64,000 bases of DNA from Oscillospiraceae bacterium. GTDB taxonomy: Bacteria > Bacillota > Clostridia > Oscillospirales > Ruminococcaceae. The notes under the pieces are model-generated. The model saw nothing but the letters and a program-made list of their open reading frames with translations, ran no database searches and was not told the DNA's origin. This document shows positions 28,752-37,035 of this stretch, one piece after another. How positions within the stretch are numbered: position 1 is the stretch's first letter; each line of letters starts with the position of its first letter. Location of the stretch: contig CP107208.1 of NCBI GenBank assembly GCA_025758045.1, positions 753,298-817,297 of the forward strand, written 5' to 3'. A program made the translations under genes and the position numbers.

Positions 28752-29194
28752 TTTTCGGCGTTTTTGGGCAGGGCTTCCACCGTGATGTCCACGAGGTTGC
28801 GGCTGATGAAATTCTCGGCGCCGGAATCCAGCGTATAGCTGAATTTCAGCTTGCCACCCTCCTCGGTCAGTTCATGCTCGATGACATCGGCGGCGACGCC
28901 CAGGCTGATGGCACCGTAGCCGGTCTCGTAATGGCAGAGATGGCGGGTGCCTTTCTCAATGATAAGCTGGCTGGGCACCTTGCCGTAACGCAGCATTGAT
29001 ACTTTACGGGCATCTTCGGCCACCTTGACGGTGGTGGTGCATCCTTCGTAGCCGGTGGCTTCGGTTTCTTTATAAACGATATAATAGGCACCCTCTTTGT
29101 GGACGAGTGAGCCGCGGGTCATCAGTTCGACGGTGTCGCTGTCGCCGCGCTGCTCCATGGTGCCTTTGATGGTGATGAGAAAATTTTCCTGCAT
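28748..29194 (-). CDS. DUF1934 (YwiB-like) beta-barrel protein
   Basis: 148 aa. The pattern ITIKGTMEQ..VELMTRG..YIVYKE..ML is typical of DUF1934, which commonly precedes argS in Firmicutes. Confidence 0.8.
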   Translation of the reverse strand: MQENFLITIKGTMEQRGDSDTVELMTRGSLVHKEGAYYIVYKETEATGYEGCTTTVKVAEDARKVSMLRYGKVPSQLIIEKGTRHLCHYETGYGAISLGVAADVIEHELTEEGGKLKFSYTLDSGAENFISRNLVDITVEALPKNAEN

Positions 29195-29235
29195 GGTTTT
29201 TCCTTATACAAATATAAGTTTGTGCTTAAGGGTAG

Positions 29236-29345
29236 GCTCTCTCCCCTACCCGCTTCGCGGGGCCGCTTACGCGGCCGGACCCCTCTGTCGCTACGCGACG
29301 TCTCCCCACGCTGTGGGGAGTCACCCTCCCAGAGGGGGCCTTTTG
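29236..29345. repeat. Tandem array of five short GC-rich hairpins
   Basis: CCCGC-TTC-GCGGG, GCCGC-TTAC-GCGGC, GTCGC-TAC-GCGAC, CTCCCCAC-GCT-GTGGGGAG and CCCTC-CCA-GAGGG in series. Confidence 0.5.
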
Positions 29346-29360
29346 GCAGAAGATGCTTAT

Positions 29361-29716
29361 TTAGGGCAATACCGCATAATTCTAAGTGCCGATACGGCGA
29401 GCGAGGTGCGGCAGATGCTAAGCCAAAAGCGCAGATAATACTTTGTGCTGCAAAGGTGAGCGCCGCCAGTGGCGGATACAGCGAACCGAAGCAGGGGCAG
29501 CGGTCGCAGAGTGCGAGGGGCTTTTGTCCCCGAAGCACGATGCGGGTACCGCAACCCGACATTATCGAGCATTTTGGCAACGCAGATGCCGTGCCGCACA
29601 CCGAGCCGCAGCGAGGCGCTTCGGAGCGCAACCGCCGCTTGCGGCGGCTCTTGGCGCGGAGATCCGCCGGAGCGGTGCTTAAGCCGTTAGGCGGGAATTG
29701 TGCGGTGTTGCCTTAG
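29361..29716 (+). mobile_element. MITE-like element, copy B, long variant (348-nt core 29365-29712, TSD TTAG/TTAG)
   Basis: Same termini as the 172-nt copies. It has an insert of about 113 nt in the apical loop and an insert of about 66 nt in the 3' arm. It is flanked by TTAG at 29361-29364 and 29713-29716. Confidence 0.75.
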
Positions 29717-30528
29717 TAAGTTTCAATCGCGATCTGCTCAACAGGGCCGCCGGCGTATTCGCCTAGGAAGCGATGTTCCAGTTCGTCGAAGTTATCCGGC
29801 GTGTCGCTGACGTAGTAATGGGCGTTGCCGCCCTCGGTGCGGCCGTTCAGCAGGCCCAGATCCGCCAGCGCCGCCGCGGCCGCCTGGGCCGTGACCTTTC
29901 CGGAATCGATCAGGGTGACATCGCTGCCCATGAAATCGCCGATCATCTTTTTCAACAGCGGATAGTGGGTGCAGCCCAGGATCAGGGTGTCGACCCCGGC
30001 ATCCTTTACCTCCTGCAGATACTCGGCGATGATGAGCTTGGTGACGGGGTTGCCGTCGTTCACATAGCCGTTTTCCACCAGCGGCACGAACATGGGGCAG
30101 GCGCGGGCGACGATCTCCGTCTCCGGCTTCATGTCCTTGATGACCGCCGCGTAGGAACCGCTGCGCACCGTGGCCGCCGTGCCGATGATGCCCACCTTGC
30201 CGTTGCGGGTGGCATCCACCGCCGCACGGGCCGTAGCACCCACCACGCCGGTAAAAGGCACCGGCAGACGGGCGGCTTCCTCGGGCGGGTAGGTGGAGGA
30301 CACTGTGCCGCAGGCAGCAATAATGAACTTTACATCGTGGGAAAGCAGAAAGCGGATGTCCTGCCGGGCATACTGGCGGATGATCTCCCGCCCGCGGGAG
30401 CCGTAGGGCACGCGGCCGGTATCACCAAAATAAATGATGTCCTCGCCGGGCAGCACGCGGCGCAGCTGGCGCACGGCGGTCAAGCCGCCCAGACCGCTGT
30501 CAAACACTCCGATAGGGCGGGTGTCCAT
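29713..30528 (-). CDS. murI: Glutamate racemase
   Basis: MDTRPIGVFDSGLGGLT start plus the ACGT and GCTHYP motifs. I trimmed the start to the ATG at 30526-30528, which overlaps the ddl stop. Confidence 0.9.
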   Translation of the reverse strand: MDTRPIGVFDSGLGGLTAVRQLRRVLPGEDIIYFGDTGRVPYGSRGREIIRQYARQDIRFLLSHDVKFIIAACGTVSSTYPPEEAARLPVPFTGVVGATARAAVDATRNGKVGIIGTAATVRSGSYAAVIKDMKPETEIVARACPMFVPLVENGYVNDGNPVTKLIIAEYLQEVKDAGVDTLILGCTHYPLLKKMIGDFMGSDVTLIDSGKVTAQAAAAALADLGLLNGRTEGGNAHYYVSDTPDNFDELEHRFLGEYAGGPVEQIAIETY

Positions 30529-31640
30529 CAGTATGCCCCCTTCCGACGGTGCAGGGCCAGCTGCAGCAGGCGGTCCACCAGCTGGGCGTAGCTCAAGCCC
30601 TCGTGCTCCATCAGTTTCGGGTACATGCTGATGGAGGTAAAGCCCGGCAGGGTGTTCAGCTCGTTGCAAAGCACACGGCCGGTGCCGCGCTCCACAAAGA
30701 AGTCGCAGCGGGACAGGCCGGCGCAGCCCAGGGCCAGGTACGCGCGGCGGGCCTCTGTGCGGACTTCGTCCAACTTTTCCTCGCTCAGATGGGCGGGGAT
30801 GACAGTCTGAGAGACACCGTTTTTGTACTTGTCATCGTAGGTGTAGAACTCCGCACCGGCCAGAATTTCGCCGGGGCGGGTGGTGGAGACGGTGGCGGGG
30901 TCGTCGGGGTTGCCGATGGCGGCGCACTCGACCTCCTGGCCGTCGATGAACTCCTCAAAGACGACCTTGTCATCCTCTTTCAGGGCGGTCACGACGGCCT
31001 GCTCCAGCACAGCACGGTCGGTAGCTTTGGTAATACCAACGCTGGAACCGGCGTTGGCGGGTTTGACGAAGATGGGGTAGCCCAGGCGCTGTTCAATGCT
31101 GTCCAGCAGGGTCTTGTGGTCGCCCTCCAGCTCGGCGCGGATGGCACTGGCCCACTTGCAGTGGGGCACACTGGCGGCATCCATGATGGTGTTGGCAACG
31201 GCTTTGTCCATGCAGACAGCGCTGCCCAGCACGCCGCAACCCACGTAAGGGATGCGGGCCAGTTCAAACAGGCCCTGGATGGTGCCATCCTCGCCGTTTT
31301 TGCCGTGCATGACGGGAGCGCAGATGTCGATGTGGACCAGCTCGGCTTTGCCGTCCTTCAGCAGCCAGATGCCGTGGTCGGTGCGGTCGGGGCTGAGGAC
31401 GCAAGGGGTGCAGTCGACACCCTTCTCCCAGCTGCCGTCGGCCATGGCCTCGGGCGTGGGACTGCAGGCCAGCCAGCGGCCCTGCTTGGTGATGCCCACG
31501 GGGAACACCTCGTATCGATCGGCACAGGGGGCCTGTGCCAGGGCGCGCAGCCAGGTCGAGGCCGAAACACAGCTGACCTCGTGCTCACTGGATACGCCGC
31601 CGAAAAACAGCGCAACGCGCAGTTTTTTAGTTTCGTTCAT
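30528..31640 (-). CDS. ddl: D-alanine--D-alanine ligase
   Basis: VALFFGGVSSEHEVS and ATP-grasp motifs. I chose the ATG at 31638-31640, which has a GAGGAG RBS. Confidence 0.9.
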   Translation of the reverse strand: MNETKKLRVALFFGGVSSEHEVSCVSASTWLRALAQAPCADRYEVFPVGITKQGRWLACSPTPEAMADGSWEKGVDCTPCVLSPDRTDHGIWLLKDGKAELVHIDICAPVMHGKNGEDGTIQGLFELARIPYVGCGVLGSAVCMDKAVANTIMDAASVPHCKWASAIRAELEGDHKTLLDSIEQRLGYPIFVKPANAGSSVGITKATDRAVLEQAVVTALKEDDKVVFEEFIDGQEVECAAIGNPDDPATVSTTRPGEILAGAEFYTYDDKYKNGVSQTVIPAHLSEEKLDEVRTEARRAYLALGCAGLSRCDFFVERGTGRVLCNELNTLPGFTSISMYPKLMEHEGLSYAQLVDRLLQLALHRRKGAY

Positions 31641-31778
31641 AGTAGAAAGACTCCTCAACAATTATATACAGACACACTACAAGTCTTCAGTTTATTATAA
31701 TACCATATTATGCAGGGGTTTGCCATAGCATTTGCAAAAACTTTTTGTAGAATTGGCGCAAGCTGCGCGATTCCACAG

Positions 31779-31807
31779 AAAAGGCTCCCTCTGTGAGGGA
31801 GCCTTTT
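31779..31807. terminator. Bidirectional terminator
   Basis: GGCTCCCTC-TGT-GAGGGAGCC flanked by AAAA and TTTT. Confidence 0.65.
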
Positions 31808-31836
31808 CCGTGTTGCCGCCTATTTGCAGGGGCATA

Positions 31837-32169
31837 TTACTTTTTCTGTTTTTTCGTCTCGATCAAATGCCGTATCGCCAGGACGGGGTGGTGGAAGATC
31901 ATCCGCGGGCCGCTCCAGCGCATGACCTGGCGGATGGCCTCCCGCATCTGGGGCTTGTAGCAATGAGTCTTGCAGGCACTGCAGAAGGTCTTGGTCTCCA
32001 TGTGCGGGCAGTGGTCCACCCGGGCATCGGCATAGCTGCGCAAAGCCTCACAGTCCGGGCAGAGGGCATGCCCCCTGGTACCGTGGTGGCCATGGCAGTA
32101 CAGCTCGATCATCAGGCCCATGGTCTGTTTTTCCTGCTCGCGCTTTTGGGCGGGTGTTTTGGCGACCAT
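31837..32169 (-). CDS. Nitrous oxide-stimulated promoter family protein (YgbA_NO-like, Cys/His-rich)
   Basis: 110 aa. The pattern CHGHH..LCPDC..YA..R...CP....K..CSACKTHCY is typical of this family. Confidence 0.65.
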   Translation of the reverse strand: MVAKTPAQKREQEKQTMGLMIELYCHGHHGTRGHALCPDCEALRSYADARVDHCPHMETKTFCSACKTHCYKPQMREAIRQVMRWSGPRMIFHHPVLAIRHLIETKKQKK

Positions 32170-33842
32170 CAGCTCATCCTCCCGTTCTCTACCGAGTAGG
32201 TGCGGTCCGCAATGCGCATGGTGGAGGCGCGGTGACTGACCAGCACCACCGTCTTGTCCTTGCGCTCCTCGGCCAGGCTCTTTAGAATTACCGCTTCGTT
32301 CAGACTGTCCAGGTTGCTGGTGGGTTCATCCAGCAGGATATACGGCGCATCGTGCAAAAAAGCCCGTGCCACGCCCAAACGCTGGCGCTCGCCGCCCGAA
32401 AGGGTACTGCCCAGCTCCCCTACCGGCGTATCGTAGCCCTGGGGCAGGGTCATGATAAAATCGTGGATGGACGCTTTTTGGCAAGCCCCCACCACCTGCT
32501 CGTGGGTGGCGTTCTGGTTGGCTATGCGCAGATTTTTCTCAATGCTGTCGTGGAACAGCACGGTGTCCTGCTCGACGAAGCTCTCGGCGCTGCGCAGGCT
32601 GGCGGTGTTGATCTTTTTAATGTTCACACCGGACAGTTCGACTTTGCCCAGATCCGTATCCCAGAAGCGCATCATCAGCTTGAGCAGCGTGGATTTGCCG
32701 CTGCCGCTGCGGCCGGTGATGCCGATGACGGAGTTCTGCGGCACTTCCAGCGATACGTCGTTCAAAATCACGTCACTGCCATAGCCAAAGGTCACACGGC
32801 GGCAGGCAGCGCCGGTAAAGGCGATGTCCTCGCCGCCGGTCACTTCCCGCACGGTAGGTTGCTCGTCCAGCACGTCCAGCACACGGTTGCCCGCGGCAAA
32901 GGTGTTTTGCAGCCCGGTGCCCAGGTTGGCCAGGGCGATGACCGGGCCGAAGCTGCTCATCAGCGCCACCACGGCGATCAGGCAGCCGTCAAAGCCGATG
33001 GTGCCGCTTTGGGCAAGGCCCGCCGCCAGCGCCAGCATGCCAGCGTCCAGCAGCAAAATGATGCCGCCGGTGACAGCCTGGGCCGTGCCGCCCGCCAGCT
33101 TTAAGCGGCGCTCCTGCGACGAAAGTTCATCAGTGCGGGCGTTGATCTGAGCCAGACGATGGGGGCCGTCGCCATACTGCAGACTTTCCCTCACGCCGCG
33201 CAGACTGTCCAGCACAAAGCCGTTCAGCGCGCCGAAGGACGCGCGGAATTCCTCGCCGCTGCGGCGGGCGGACTTGGCCGCCGCCACCGGCACCAGCAGG
33301 CCGATGACCAGGTAGGCCCCCAGGGCATACAGCCCAAGCAGCCAGTGGTAACCCGCCAAAAAGGCCGCCATAATGGCGCTGACGATGACCGCGATGCAGA
33401 TGGGTGAAATGGTGTGAGCGTAGAACACTTCCAGCAGCTCGATGTCCGCCGTCAGCACGGCGATCAGGTCGCCGCGGTCGCGGCCCTCCAGTTTAGCCGG
33501 GGCCAGCTGGCGCAGCGCGCCGAAGACCTTATCCCGGATGAGGGCCAGCAGCTTAAAGGCGATAAAATGATTGCAGCCCTGCTCGGCATAGTGCAGCACG
33601 CCGCGGGCGATGGCCAGCACCGGCAGCAGCAGGCAAACGGTGCCAAGGCTGATGGGCATGCCGGGCAGGATGCTGTCCAGCAGCGCGTAGGCGCCCAGCA
33701 CGGTGATAAAAATGGCGCAGAGGAAGCCTGCCACGCCCAGCAGCACGGCGGCCATCATCACGGGGGCCAGCGGCTTGACCAGCCCTACCAGACGCCCCAT
33801 AACGGCCAGATTGCCGCGGGTCTTTTTCTTATTCTCAGGCAT
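32169..33842 (-). CDS. cydC: ABC exporter fused permease/ATPase, CydC-like
   Basis: Six-TM N-terminal domain plus an NBD (GRSGSGKST, LSGGERQRL, ILLDEPTS). I trimmed the start to the ATG at 33840-33842, which overlaps the upstream partner by 8 nt. Confidence 0.75.
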   Translation of the reverse strand: MPENKKKTRGNLAVMGRLVGLVKPLAPVMMAAVLLGVAGFLCAIFITVLGAYALLDSILPGMPISLGTVCLLLPVLAIARGVLHYAEQGCNHFIAFKLLALIRDKVFGALRQLAPAKLEGRDRGDLIAVLTADIELLEVFYAHTISPICIAVIVSAIMAAFLAGYHWLLGLYALGAYLVIGLLVPVAAAKSARRSGEEFRASFGALNGFVLDSLRGVRESLQYGDGPHRLAQINARTDELSSQERRLKLAGGTAQAVTGGIILLLDAGMLALAAGLAQSGTIGFDGCLIAVVALMSSFGPVIALANLGTGLQNTFAAGNRVLDVLDEQPTVREVTGGEDIAFTGAACRRVTFGYGSDVILNDVSLEVPQNSVIGITGRSGSGKSTLLKLMMRFWDTDLGKVELSGVNIKKINTASLRSAESFVEQDTVLFHDSIEKNLRIANQNATHEQVVGACQKASIHDFIMTLPQGYDTPVGELGSTLSGGERQRLGVARAFLHDAPYILLDEPTSNLDSLNEAVILKSLAEERKDKTVVLVSHRASTMRIADRTYSVENGRMS

Positions 33843-35595
33843 GGGATGCTTCCTCCTTTCCGTAATTTTCCAGTTCTTGCTGCTGGGTCCACAGGCGGGC
33901 GTAGGTGCCGCCCGCCGCCAGCAGGGCTTCGTGGGTACCCTGTTCCGCCAGGCTGCCATGGTCCAGCACGTAGATGTTGTCCGCCGCCGTAACGTTGGCC
34001 AGGCGGTGGGAGATCAGGATGACAGTCTTTTTGCCTGCCAATGCCTGGATCTGGGCCATGATGTCGTTCTCGCTCTCCACGTCGATATTGGACGTAGCTT
34101 CATCAAAGATATAGACCGGGCTGTCATGCAGCAAGGCGCGGGCCAGGGCCAGGCGCTGCCGCTGGCCGCCGGAAAGATTGCTGCCGCCCTCGTTCAGCTG
34201 GGTGTCCAGCCCGTTTTCGCTGCGCAGGAAGTCCGCCAGCCGCACCTGCTTCAGCACAGCCCACAGGGTGTTGTCGTCCGCCATGGGCGCGGCCATGCGC
34301 AGGTTCTCGGCCACCGTGCCTTTGAACAAGTGGCTGCCCAGGCTGACCAGCGTTACATTTCTGAGCAGGGCGGATTCCTTCACGGCGGAAAGCTCCTGCC
34401 CGCCCAGGGTCACGCTGCCGGTGTAGCCCGCGGCGCGGCCGGTCAGCACGGCGGCGATGGTAGATTTGCCGCAGCCGCTCTCGCCCACCAGGGCGGTGAA
34501 ACTGCCGCGGGAGAAGTCGAGATTCAGGCCGTGCAGCGTCTCTTTTTCGGCAGCATAGCCAAAGTGCAGGTCACGGCAGTGGATGGCACAATCGGCATCC
34601 GGCTCGGCGGTCTTGCCGGCGGCTTCGGGCAGATCCAGCAGCTTAAAGATCTTATCGCTGGCGGCCATGCCGTTCATGGCCACATGGAAGTAGGACCCCA
34701 GCGCGCGCATGGGCAGGAAGAAATCCGCCGACAGCAGCAGGATGCAGAGTGCGCCGCTCAGGCTGACATGACCGACCGCCAGCTCCCGCGCAGCGATACC
34801 GATGCCCAGCGCCGCACCGCCGTAGGCGATGATGTCCATCACGATGATGGAGTTCAGCTGCATGGTCAGCACCTTCATCGTCACTTTGCGGAAGTGCTCG
34901 GCCTCGCGGTTCATGGCCTGGTGGCGAGCTTCGTCGGCCTGGTAGATCTTCAGGGTGGTCAGGCCCTGCAGGTTTTCAAGGAAGCTATCGCCCAGGGCGG
35001 CATACTGGCCCCAGTATTTGCCCAGCAGCCGCTTGGCAAATTTCTGCACAGCCACGATGGAAACCGGGATCAGCGGCACGCAGATCATCAGGATAACCGC
35101 TGCCTTTACGCTGACCGGGGCCAGCACCACAAACAGGGTGACAGGCGCCAGCATGGCGTAGAAAAACTGCGGCAGGTACGCGCCAAAGTAGGTCTCCAGC
35201 TGTTCGACGCCTTCGCCTGCCAGCTGCAATACCTCGGCGGTGGGCACAGCCTGGGTGTAGCTGCCGCCCAGGCGCAGCAGTTTTTCGTAAATCGCACTGC
35301 GCAGCGTCTTTTTTACAGTGCGGCTGGCGTTGTAGCTGGCCGCAGCCGCGCCGCGGGTGCAGGCGGCACGCACCAGCAGCGCCGCCGCCACGATGCCCAG
35401 CGTCAAGGGCAGGTTGGGGGCACCGGCCATCGTGTCGCCGATGGTCAGCTGGTCGTACAAGGCTCCTAAATAACGGCTGACCGCAAAGATCATGGCCACA
35501 TTGGCGGCCAGAGCCAGCCATTGCAGCGCCACGTTTTTGGCGATGTACCGTTTCGAGTCTCCCATCATCCCGATGAGGCGTTTGTCGATCATCAT
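33835..35595 (-). CDS. cydD: ABC exporter fused permease/ATPase, CydD-like
   Basis: TM domain plus an NBD (GESGCGKST, LSGGQRQRL, YIFDEATS). It is paired with the downstream CydC-like gene. Confidence 0.75.
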   Translation of the reverse strand: MMIDKRLIGMMGDSKRYIAKNVALQWLALAANVAMIFAVSRYLGALYDQLTIGDTMAGAPNLPLTLGIVAAALLVRAACTRGAAAASYNASRTVKKTLRSAIYEKLLRLGGSYTQAVPTAEVLQLAGEGVEQLETYFGAYLPQFFYAMLAPVTLFVVLAPVSVKAAVILMICVPLIPVSIVAVQKFAKRLLGKYWGQYAALGDSFLENLQGLTTLKIYQADEARHQAMNREAEHFRKVTMKVLTMQLNSIIVMDIIAYGGAALGIGIAARELAVGHVSLSGALCILLLSADFFLPMRALGSYFHVAMNGMAASDKIFKLLDLPEAAGKTAEPDADCAIHCRDLHFGYAAEKETLHGLNLDFSRGSFTALVGESGCGKSTIAAVLTGRAAGYTGSVTLGGQELSAVKESALLRNVTLVSLGSHLFKGTVAENLRMAAPMADDNTLWAVLKQVRLADFLRSENGLDTQLNEGGSNLSGGQRQRLALARALLHDSPVYIFDEATSNIDVESENDIMAQIQALAGKKTVILISHRLANVTAADNIYVLDHGSLAEQGTHEALLAAGGTYARLWTQQQELENYGKEEASHA

Positions 35596-35620
35596 AAGCA
35601 GTTCCTTTTATCGTAAACAC

Positions 35621-35650
35621 AAAAATGCCGCCATCGTTTTCGGCGGCGGC
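35621..35650 (-). terminator. Terminator after HMA-domain gene
   Basis: GCCGCC / GGCGGC stem followed on the minus strand by ATTTTTGTG. Confidence 0.45.
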
Positions 35651-35670
35651 GCAGGTACAATGTTGCAGCC

Positions 35671-36045
35671 TTACACTTTGCTGGTGGTGCGCAGCGGCAG
35701 GTAACCGGCATCGCGGATGGCCTGGCGGATGGCGTCCTCGTCAGCCTCGTCCTTGGTCAGAATGGTGACGTTCTGGGCGGCCAGGTCCACGGCGGCCCAG
35801 GTGCCGGGCATCACGTTCAGCGCGTTTTCCACATGGCGCTGGCAGTTCTGGCAGGTCATGCCGTCCACGCCCATCACAAGGGTGTGGGGGTAGTGGGCCT
35901 TGTTGTGGTCCTCGACCTTGACCTTTTTAGCGGCGGCGTCACGCTCGCCGCAGCAGCCGCCGCCGTGGGTCAGGTGATGTACATAACTGTAAATGCCATA
36001 GCCGACCAGGGCAACCAAAATCAATACAATAATAATATTTGCCAT
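35671..36045 (-). CDS. Membrane-anchored heavy-metal-associated (HMA) domain protein
   Basis: N-terminal TM helix (IIIVLILVALVGYGIY), a GGGCCGE motif, and a C-terminal HMA fold with GMTCQNC. The start ATG at 36043-36045 has a GGAGGGAAG RBS. Confidence 0.75.
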   Translation of the reverse strand: MANIIIVLILVALVGYGIYSYVHHLTHGGGCCGERDAAAKKVKVEDHNKAHYPHTLVMGVDGMTCQNCQRHVENALNVMPGTWAAVDLAAQNVTILTKDEADEDAIRQAIRDAGYLPLRTTSKV

Positions 36046-36088
36046 AGGTATACTTCCCTCCAAGTTAGCACTTGCTAATTCTGTGTTT

Positions 36089-36117
36089 AGAATACACTAA
36101 CCTCATGGTTTTGTCAA
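36089..36117 (-). promoter_or_regulatory. Putative promoter of HMA gene
   Basis: On the minus strand: TTGACA (36112-36117), 17-nt spacer, TATTCT (36089-36094). The palindrome TTAGCA-CT-TGCTAA (36065-36078) lies in the 5' UTR. Confidence 0.45.
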
Positions 36118-36162
36118 GCAGGCACTTTGGGGATACCGCCCACTCCCCTGCCCCGCCACAAC

Positions 36163-36198
36163 AAAACCGGCGCGCTGCTGCCACAGTGCGCCGGTTTT
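36163..36198. terminator. Bidirectional terminator
   Basis: 11-bp stem AAAACCGGCGC / GCGCCGGTTTT. Confidence 0.65.
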
Positions 36199-36248
36199 GT
36201 ATATAGGATCAATGTTCAGGAGAAAGGCAATGGTTGGAAAATTTAAAC

Positions 36249-36540
36249 TTGAGGCAATACCGCGCAATTTTAAGTGCCGATACGGCGAGCGAGGTGCGGC
36301 GGCTGCTAAGCAAAAAGCGCAGATAATACTTTGTGCTGCAAAGGTGAGCGCCGCCGGTGGCGGATACAGCGAACCGAAGCAGGGGCAGCGGTCGCAGAGT
36401 GCGAGGGGCTTTTGTCCCCGAAGCACGATGCGGGTACCGCAACCCGACATTCTCGAGCATTTTTGCAACGCAGACGGTGCGCCGCAGCCGCTGGAGCGGT
36501 GCTTAAGCCGTCAGGCGGAAATTGTGCGGTGTTGCCTCGG
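36249..36540 (+). mobile_element. MITE-like element, copy C, intermediate variant (284-nt core 36253-36536)
   Basis: It has the apical-loop insert but not the 3'-arm insert. It is more diverged than the others, and its flanking 4-mers (TTGA/TCGG) do not match. Confidence 0.7.
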
Positions 36541-36552
36541 CTGCTTTGCGTA

Positions 36553-36981
36553 TCAGGCGTTGGCCAGGGCAGTGCCCAGGGCGTTGCAGGCATCAGTGGC
36601 ATCGCCATCGGGTGCGCCGTTGGCCATAACGGGGTCAGCCACCAGCCGGGCGCCGGCAGCCTGAGCATCCTCAGCCCAAGTGCGGATCCACTCGCCGTCG
36701 CCCCAGCCGTAGCTGCCGAACAGGCCGACCGGCTTGCCGGACAGGGAGCCGCGCAGATCCTGATACATCGGCTCGAACTCGCTCTCCTCGAGCTGCTCAG
36801 CGCCCATAGCGGGGCAGCCCAGGGCGAAGCCGTCATAATTAGCAGCGTCAGCCGCATTGAACTCAGCGCTGGTCATCTTGTCCACAGTTGCACCTGCGGA
36901 CTGTGCAGCGTTTGCCACCAGGTCAGCCATAGCCTCGGTATTGCCGGTGCCGCTCCAATAAACTACTGCGATCTTGCTCAT
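36553..36981 (-). CDS. Flavodoxin (short-chain)
   Basis: MSKIAVVYWSGTGNTEAMA FMN-binding N-terminus; 142 aa. Confidence 0.9.
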   Translation of the reverse strand: MSKIAVVYWSGTGNTEAMADLVANAAQSAGATVDKMTSAEFNAADAANYDGFALGCPAMGAEQLEESEFEPMYQDLRGSLSGKPVGLFGSYGWGDGEWIRTWAEDAQAAGARLVADPVMANGAPDGDATDACNALGTALANA

Positions 36982-37035
36982 AATCGTTTCTTCCTTTCGT
37001 TGCTACTATAAGTATGTCTAATAGTATGTCCACGT

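Noticed and set aside
28652-28999. Recurring peptides in the ORF track that look like a small gene family. MLDNTQSIICAFGLAAAAPRSPYRHLELCGIAL appears at 28652 and 51789. MLENVGLRYPHRASGTKAPRTL appears at 29357 and 36209.
   Set aside because: They recur only because the underlying DNA is the repeated hairpin element. They have no RBS, the frames are not maintained between copies, and they run out of the repeat into unrelated sequence.
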